NCBI GenBank assembly: GCA_000004985.1
Contig: GG739190.1
Source: Naegleria gruberi
Lineage: Eukaryota
Length of the DNA: 4,214 nt
Direction: 5' to 3' (one strand)
Positions 1 to 4,214 of the stretch are shown here, one piece after another. The stretch's first letter is position 1, and each line of letters opens with the position of its first letter. The notes below the pieces were generated by a model. That model ran no database searches, was not told the origin of the DNA, and saw nothing but the letters and a program-made list of their open reading frames with translations. The position numbers and the translations under genes were made by a program.

Positions 1-196
1 TCATGTAGGTTTTGGAGAATATGAATTGGTGTTAGAATTAGAGTTTTTTAAAATATGGGTTAGAGTTGGCTTTCAACCAACACGAATATATGACAAATAA
101 AAATTTAGCTTGTTGTTGTTAAAAATTCTTGTTTTATTTTTGTGGGTTGGAAGCAAGCTGGAAAGTGGGAAATAAATTTTTTCCTCAACTGATGGG

Positions 197-204
197 TAAT
201 CTAG
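197..204. repeat. Left copy of putative 8-bp target-site duplication, TAATCTAG
   Basis: Identical 8-mer in direct orientation immediately outside both TIRs (197..204 and 4014..4021). The identity does not extend to a 9th base on either side. Confidence 0.7.
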
Positions 205-218
205 CGGGGGGAGACAAC
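205..218 (+). repeat. Left terminal inverted repeat, CGGGGGGAGACAAC
   Basis: Exact reverse complement of 4000..4013 (GTTGTCTCCCCCCG), 14/14 matches. Similarity stops at the inner edge: 219/3999 and 220/3998 mismatch. Confidence 0.8.
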
Positions 219-285
219 CTGACTTCAACTACCACTAGGGAGGGTCATTTCCCGCCTTTCCTTTTTTGTCATATGATCAACAACT

Positions 286-292
286 AAATATT
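286..292 (+). promoter_or_regulatory. TATA-like element TAAATAT about 165 bp upstream of the ATG, inside the transposon 5' region
   Basis: Sequence only. Position is compatible with an internal element promoter. There is no transcript evidence. Confidence 0.15.
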
Positions 293-440
293 CAAATAAA
301 AACATCAGATTACCAACAACCAACAACAAAACACACCAAACCATGATCCTCTCCGCAGTTACTGAACATCTAACTCATGTTCGATTCATATTTTGGTTGT
401 TCGAGTATTTGTTGGAACTGAATCAACGTTAAAAACAATT

Positions 441-456
441 CAATCAATAAAAAAAA
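441..456 (+). promoter_or_regulatory. A-rich translation-initiation context (CAATCAATAAAAAAAAA-ATGG), yeast/eukaryote-like Kozak leader
   Basis: A run of 9 A precedes the ATG and a G follows at +4. There is no Shine-Dalgarno-like purine-rich GGAGG upstream. Confidence 0.3.
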
Positions 457-3400
457 ATGGGTCGATCATCATTCAAAGTTGAAATAAATAAAAATTGTTT
501 GGGGATTACTGATTATGATAAATTCGATATATTATTGGATGTTGAAAAGAACAAAGTAATGGATGGAAGTGGGAAAATAGCTGGCACTATTGTAAATAAA
601 TGTTTACGTTCTATTGACTGCACAAAAATTCACAACAAAAACAGAAAATCTGACTCGTGCGTGAAGTGTTGTGATTTGAAAAGCAAGCTAGATACAAATC
701 TCCAAAAAGTTCATAAAATTCTAGAAAATCCAAATACTCTTCCTCCTTATTCATCCATAATACCATATCCTCAAGTCATGTATCAACTATTACGTGAAAC
801 TACGAAAGCTTTGGGAAAGTGTGAGCCCAGTAACTTTGAAACAAAAATAATAGAATCATTAAGGAAGGCCAAAGCACAATATGAGATTAATTCAAGTCTT
901 AAATCAAAACATATTAAAATGAACAAAGATCCAACAATTGAAAATAAGCAATGTGAGCAAGAATTACTAGAAAATGAGCAAGAATTAATTGAAAATGAGC
1001 AAGAATTCATTGAAAAAGATACTGATCAATCCAAACAATCCAAAAAAACTGATAGATACACACACATTCCACCTCAAAAACAAAATCCATTATCATCCAA
1101 AGGTTTTGGAAAATTCGAGGAATGTTTTTTTGTAAAATTTCTTCATAACCAATTAGAAAATTTCACTCTACCCCCAAATGCTCACAGATATGATGAAGTA
1201 ATGAAACGGTATTGGTTTCTTGGGAGGTATTTTAGTGGAAAGCAATTTTTCAATCAACTATCCGGTAAAAAGAATCAACAAATTCCTTGTAATTGGAGAA
1301 CAAATCTGCAATACAACATAGTGATGCCAAGTAACAACACCATGAAAAACTGGTTACCAAAAGGAAGCATTGGAATATGTACATATTCTGATTCAGTATT
1401 CAATAGTTTAGAACCTAATTCGTGTAAAGAAGTATGTGTTTCAATGGATGGAATGAAGGTTCTGAAAAAATTGGAAAGAATGAACGGTCAAGTAATTGGA
1501 ACATCTCAAAAAATTAATGTGAAAACACCACCATCCAACCATAATATCAACCTTAGTGAAGTTACTGAAGAAATGGTACTTTTTAATGTTAATGCAATAG
1601 ATAACAGTTGGCATTGTCCTTTAGGATGGTTTGCTATATCTTCTGCTGACAAAATTAATGACTTCATTTACGAAAAAATGATATTATGTAATGAAAAATT
1701 AAAAGGTTACTCTCTAAAAATGGTGTGTGGATGTGCAGATGGTGAGGCAGATGCTAAAAATTTGCAGAAACTTTTACGAGAGAAAATTGATCCAAATTTC
1801 ATATTTGTGACTGATTATGTACATAATTTCAAGAATCAAAGAAATTGTTTGTTCAATGGGACAATTTTGAAAAACATTAATATGTCAACACTTATTAAGT
1901 TGATGAATAATTATCCACATCTATATGAAATGCTGGATAAAGAAGAAGTCTCACCCTCAGATATTATGGCTATTAATCCATGTCTTGAACTGACCTCTCC
2001 AAAAGTAGTAGAAGTGTTAAAATCACTCAGAAATAATGATGCTGCCATTTTGGCTAAATATTTAGAAACTATTCGAGAAGTGTATGATGTCATTAATGAT
2101 AATGATGTTGACATTGTTGATAAATTAGAATTATGTAAAGAATATTTTTCAAATATTCCTGCCAAGCAATATCCTGAAAAAACTAGAAACATTTGTCTTC
2201 ATACTATTGAAGGATTTCAATATCTTGCAAATACCTATTCAAATTTTAGACCAAGTTGTATAACAACTAATTATAATGAGCTAATGTTTTCCATTATTAG
2301 AAAGAGGTATCCACGAGCCACAGCAAAGCAATTCTGTTCATCAATATTAATTGCCTTCTATATTTTCCTATTAACATCTTGCTCAGAAGAGGTGAGAGGA
2401 TTTTCTCTTCCTGAAACGGAATGGACTGAGCATTATAGAGGAATGAAACTTAAAATTAAGTCTCTCCCAAATCTGAAAAATATTGATCCGAATTTTGTAG
2501 AATTAACTAAAGATGAAATTAATGCATTAGATAAATGGTTGACTAAGGTAAATCATAATATTGAAGGATATGTACGTAAAAGTACTCTCAGAATGGAATC
2601 ATGTGCCCCTAAAAAATTATTCCTTTGCTGCCCAATTAATGGATGTGATCGTCAAAAACCTTATATTGTGAAAGGCCAATTCAAGAATCATCTATTATCC
2701 AAGCACTCTGATAAAATAACTAGTGAACAACAAGCTATATCTGTAGTTAGAGAATTAGAGTGCAAACATTTTGAATTACAGTTTTTAGCTGATTCTGAAG
2801 TACGAAAGAACAGTGTTAACCTTAATAAGCAAGAAAGAGAAAAAATATGTGAAGAATCTTCTATATCCAATAAGTCACAAGACACAATGAGTACTCTTAC
2901 ACAACTGTCAATAAGGGACTCCAGTACGTGTGATGGTTCGACACGTACAACCATTCAACAACCAACCAATCAAATAATTACTCCTCAACTTAATAATAGT
3001 AATGGTATTGAAAAATATTTGGTTTCAAAGTATTTGAATGAAACTAAAATTCACATAGATATTAGCAATGATGATATTGTAGAGAGCGTAATATCTGTGA
3101 AAAATAATGAAAATTATCATGTTGTTGTCTTAGATTTAGAAACTACTGGGCTAATGCCAAATGACCATGAAATAGTGCAAGTGGGAATGATTTCATTAAT
3201 TTCCAAATGTGCATTTTCAATATATATTAAACCAAAATACCATGATTGGAGTAGTCATGCTAAAAAATTACATGTTGACAAAATGAATGAAATCAATAAT
3301 GGAAAACAATTAGACCAAATTATCATTCCAATCCACAATTATTTAACAAAGAACAATAGTTGTACTGCTGTTGTATTGGTACATTCAACATCATTGGACA

Positions 3401-3864
3401 GAAATTTCCTCATGAAAGCATTGACAAAACATGGCTTACCTATTGATAGGTACATGATAGTGAATACTATAAGCGAAGAATTCTTCCCTAAGCAGAAACT
3501 TGAAACACTGTTCAACCAAGTGAACAAGCCAATGAATACAACAACAAAAGATATAATAGGTGTTGCACATGATGCAGCCTTTGATACGGCCATGTTGTTT
3601 GATATAATCAAACACAAATTTGGAGATAATATTGATGGTGTTTTAGAAGCATGTATGTGCTTTCATGGTCGTCTGTGTGGTGATAAAAAGAGGAAGAAAC
3701 CTAATCATGATATTAACACAAAGAGAAAGAAGAAGAAGACAGAACCCAATACAAGTTCCGATCATTTTTTTAAACAATCACAAATAATAGAATTTATTCC
3801 CTGGACACCAGATACCAACAAAAATACAACCCGACAAAGGAAAACGAGAAGAAACAAAAAGTGA
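457..3864 (+). CDS. Transposase-like multidomain protein (1135 aa) with zinc-finger modules and a C-terminal DnaQ/epsilon-like DEDDh 3'-5' exonuclease domain
   Basis: Uninterrupted 3,408-nt ORF. An in-frame TAA at 448..450 lies just upstream of the first ATG, which sits in the A-rich context AAAAAAAAATGG. The ORF ends with TGA at 3862..3864. It lies entirely between the TIRs. Recognisable exonuclease motifs and zinc-finger spacing are present (see domain features). Confidence 0.85.
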   Translation: MGRSSFKVEINKNCLGITDYDKFDILLDVEKNKVMDGSGKIAGTIVNKCLRSIDCTKIHNKNRKSDSCVKCCDLKSKLDTNLQKVHKILENPNTLPPYSSIIPYPQVMYQLLRETTKALGKCEPSNFETKIIESLRKAKAQYEINSSLKSKHIKMNKDPTIENKQCEQELLENEQELIENEQEFIEKDTDQSKQSKKTDRYTHIPPQKQNPLSSKGFGKFEECFFVKFLHNQLENFTLPPNAHRYDEVMKRYWFLGRYFSGKQFFNQLSGKKNQQIPCNWRTNLQYNIVMPSNNTMKNWLPKGSIGICTYSDSVFNSLEPNSCKEVCVSMDGMKVLKKLERMNGQVIGTSQKINVKTPPSNHNINLSEVTEEMVLFNVNAIDNSWHCPLGWFAISSADKINDFIYEKMILCNEKLKGYSLKMVCGCADGEADAKNLQKLLREKIDPNFIFVTDYVHNFKNQRNCLFNGTILKNINMSTLIKLMNNYPHLYEMLDKEEVSPSDIMAINPCLELTSPKVVEVLKSLRNNDAAILAKYLETIREVYDVINDNDVDIVDKLELCKEYFSNIPAKQYPEKTRNICLHTIEGFQYLANTYSNFRPSCITTNYNELMFSIIRKRYPRATAKQFCSSILIAFYIFLLTSCSEEVRGFSLPETEWTEHYRGMKLKIKSLPNLKNIDPNFVELTKDEINALDKWLTKVNHNIEGYVRKSTLRMESCAPKKLFLCCPINGCDRQKPYIVKGQFKNHLLSKHSDKITSEQQAISVVRELECKHFELQFLADSEVRKNSVNLNKQEREKICEESSISNKSQDTMSTLTQLSIRDSSTCDGSTRTTIQQPTNQIITPQLNNSNGIEKYLVSKYLNETKIHIDISNDDIVESVISVKNNENYHVVVLDLETTGLMPNDHEIVQVGMISLISKCAFSIYIKPKYHDWSSHAKKLHVDKMNEINNGKQLDQIIIPIHNYLTKNNSCTAVVLVHSTSLDRNFLMKALTKHGLPIDRYMIVNTISEEFFPKQKLETLFNQVNKPMNTTTKDIIGVAHDAAFDTAMLFDIIKHKFGDNIDGVLEACMCFHGRLCGDKKRKKPNHDINTKRKKKKTEPNTSSDHFFKQSQIIEFIPWTPDTNKNTTRQRKTRRNKK
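601..672 (+). other. N-terminal Cys/His cluster (C49-x5-C55-x3-H59-x8-C68-x2-C71-C72); possible zinc-binding or DNA-binding module
   Basis: Spacing read directly from the translation CLRSIDCTKIHNKNRKSDSCVKCC. It does not match the THAP or BED consensus exactly. Confidence 0.3.
955..1017 (+). repeat. 3 x 21-bp in-frame tandem repeat encoding acidic heptads EQELLEN / EQELIEN / EQEFIEK
   Basis: The units are 955..975 GAGCAAGAATTACTAGAAAAT, 976..996 GAGCAAGAATTAATTGAAAAT and 997..1017 GAGCAAGAATTCATTGAAAAA. A partial fourth unit lies upstream at about 934..954. Confidence 0.7.
1414..1956 (+). other. Candidate RNase H-like (DDE-type) transposase catalytic region containing a [C/D]xxH motif (D453-Y-V-H456, nt 1813..1824)
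   Basis: Candidate first-D contexts are VCVSMD331GMK (nt 1447..1449) and NAID382NSW (nt 1600..1602). The candidate second D is CAD428GEAD432 (nt 1738..1752). About 25 aa downstream lies KIDPNFIFVTDYVHNFKN, which resembles the [C/D]xxH block of hAT/Mutator/P transposases; Mutator-like elements (MULEs) have FPN...CxxHxxxN here. The third acidic residue is not identifiable by eye. Confidence 0.35.
2626..2706 (+). other. C2H2-like zinc finger (C724/C725-x4-C730-x14-H745-x4-H750)
   Basis: Translation is LCCPINGCDRQKPYIVKGQFKNHLLSKH. This is Cys2-His2 spacing with a slightly long 14-residue spacer, where the canonical spacer is 12. Confidence 0.5.
2857..3006 (+). other. S/T/N/Q-rich low-complexity linker (aa about 801..850), likely disordered
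   Basis: Translation is SSISNKSQDTMSTLTQLSIRDSSTCDGSTRTTIQQPTNQIITPQLNNSNG. It separates the zinc finger from the exonuclease domain. Confidence 0.5.
3109..3636 (+). other. DnaQ/epsilon-like DEDDh 3'-5' exonuclease domain (aa about 885..1060); catalytic residues D893, E895, D981, H1038, D1043
   Basis: Motif I is HVVVLD893LE895TTGLMP (nt 3133..3141). Motif II is VVLVH976STSLD981RNFL (nt 3382..3399). Motif III is GVAH1038DAAFD1043TAMLF (nt 3568..3585). Spacing is I to II 88 aa and II to III 62 aa, matching E. coli DnaQ (about 91 and 64). The segment FSIYIKPKYH also resembles DnaQ FHVYLKPDRL. Confidence 0.8.
3685..3861 (+). other. Basic C-terminal tail with bipartite NLS-like clusters (KKRKK-x7-KRKKKK and RQRKTRRNKK)
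   Basis: Translation is DKKRKKPNHDINTKRKKKKTEP ... TRQRKTRRNKK. Two K/R clusters lie at nt 3685..3741 and a terminal basic decamer at 3832..3861. Confidence 0.45.
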
Positions 3865-3999
3865 TTTTCTATGTAATATACTTGTTGTTTTACTAGGGTG
3901 GTACATTCTGTTTCATGTATTGTGGTGTTGTTCACTATGAAGCAAATATTTTTTAGTCCCGATTAGGAAGGTTTCTCAGAGTACCCTCTGTTAGCACGA

Positions 4000-4013
4000 G
4001 TTGTCTCCCCCCG
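4000..4013 (+). repeat. Right terminal inverted repeat, GTTGTCTCCCCCCG
   Basis: Exact reverse complement of 205..218. Confidence 0.8.
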
Positions 4014-4021
4014 TAATCTAG
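4014..4021. repeat. Right copy of putative 8-bp target-site duplication, TAATCTAG
   Basis: See left copy; 8/8 identical and in direct orientation. Confidence 0.7.
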
Positions 4022-4214
4022 TGAACGTAAACCACACCAGCAAACAAACCAGCTAGAAATTGCCAGCTATGGGTTACCTTTAATTTTGTAAAGAAATGCC
4101 ATTGATTACAACAGAAAATTTCAGAAGAGAATTTGGTTTTATTTTCACTATTTATAAAGCGAATATTTACACTCTAGATTTTTCTTAGGTTTGTTGTTGT
4201 TGAGCAAATTTTCA

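Larger units (their letters stand above)
205..4013 (+). mobile_element. Complete TIR-bounded cut-and-paste DNA transposon (3,809 bp) with a single transposase-like ORF. Superfamily unresolved (8-bp TSD fits hAT, P, Merlin, Zisupton, Novosib or some Mutator).
   Basis: Perfect 14-bp inverted repeat at 205..218 and 4000..4013, each directly abutted on the outside by an identical 8-bp direct repeat TAATCTAG (TIR plus TSD geometry). The only long ORF in the window lies between the TIRs. The TIR core is a G/C-rich island in an AT-rich background. Confidence 0.75.

Noticed and set aside
1-196. Weak similarities between the outer host flanks, for example GAGAAT..TTGGT, TAGAGTTTTTT/TAGATTTTT, (TTG)n runs and AGCTGG..GGG, suggesting nesting inside another repeat or LTR-like direct repeats
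   Set aside because: The matches are short, low-complexity (TTG/CAA runs, A/T tracts) and not collinear between the two flanks. No consistent direct or inverted alignment could be built by eye. A dot-plot would be needed.
205-218. G6 tract in the TIR as a G-quadruplex former
   Set aside because: There is only a single G run on each strand end. A quadruplex would need four runs, so there is no basis for it.
194-260. Possible tRNA-like or structured RNA around GGGTAATCTAGCGGGGGGAGACAACCTGAC...GGGAGGGTCATTTCCCGCC
   Set aside because: There is no T-loop (GTTCGAATC-like) or D-loop consensus. Only a weak 4-bp hairpin (GGGA/TCCC) is present. The G-rich segment is better explained as the TIR.
783-1010. 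Minus-strand ORFs of 75 to 93 aa (783..1010, 1911..2192, 2688..2954, 3339..3617)
   Set aside because: All lie entirely antisense within the 1135-aa ORF. Their translations are low-complexity, Ser/Cys/Leu/Phe-rich, and they show no start context or recognisable motifs. They are the typical spurious antisense ORFs of an AT-rich coding strand.
2344-2385. Hydrophobic stretch SSILIAFYIFLLTSCS (aa about 628..643) as a possible transmembrane segment
   Set aside because: It is a single 14-residue hydrophobic run inside an otherwise soluble, nuclear-targeted protein. It is more likely a buried helix of a globular domain than a membrane anchor.
3874-3880. TAATATA in the element trailer as a possible polyadenylation or efficiency element; TTTATAAAG at about 4150
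   Set aside because: There is no canonical AATAAA. Such A/T hexamers are frequent by chance in 70% AT sequence, and the second one lies outside the element. It is not supportable without transcript data.
234-3898. Shared 7-mer ACTAGGG near both ends (234..240 and 3892..3898) as candidate subterminal transposase-binding repeats
   Set aside because: The two copies are in direct rather than inverted orientation and at asymmetric distances from the ends (29 vs 115 bp). A single 7-mer match is within chance expectation. Other element copies would be needed to judge it.

Overview
The window (about 70% AT, likely eukaryotic) holds one complete, apparently intact cut-and-paste DNA transposon at 205..4013 (3,809 bp). 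A perfect 14-bp terminal inverted repeat (TIR; CGGGGGGAGACAAC at 205..218, its reverse complement at 4000..4013) bounds it. Immediately outside each TIR is an identical 8-bp direct repeat TAATCTAG (197..204 and 4014..4021), which has the geometry of a target-site duplication (TSD).

The element carries a single uninterrupted ORF (457..3864, 1135 aa, + strand). I read the protein as a multidomain transposase-like protein with these parts, from N to C terminus:
- an N-terminal Cys/His cluster
- an acidic 7-aa x3 tandem repeat
- a candidate RNase H-like catalytic region containing a D-x-x-H ([C/D]xxH-type) motif
- a C2H2-like zinc finger
- a S/T/N-rich linker
- a complete C-terminal DnaQ/epsilon-like DEDDh 3'-5' exonuclease domain
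- a lysine/arginine-rich bipartite nuclear localization signal (NLS)-like tail

The exonuclease has all three motifs with canonical spacing: VVVLDLETTGL, LVHSTSLDRNFL and GVAHDAAFDTAML. A transposase fused to a DnaQ-like exonuclease is unusual and is the most interesting candidate system here. Superfamily assignment (hAT, P or Mutator-like) cannot be resolved by eye. Several features point to a eukaryotic host, possibly fungal or protist: long non-coding leader and trailer, an A-rich Kozak-like context (AAAAAAAAATGG) and basic NLS-like clusters. The ORF ends in TGA. The flanks (1..196 and 4022..4214) look non-coding. All minus-strand ORFs are short, lie inside the long ORF and are judged spurious.
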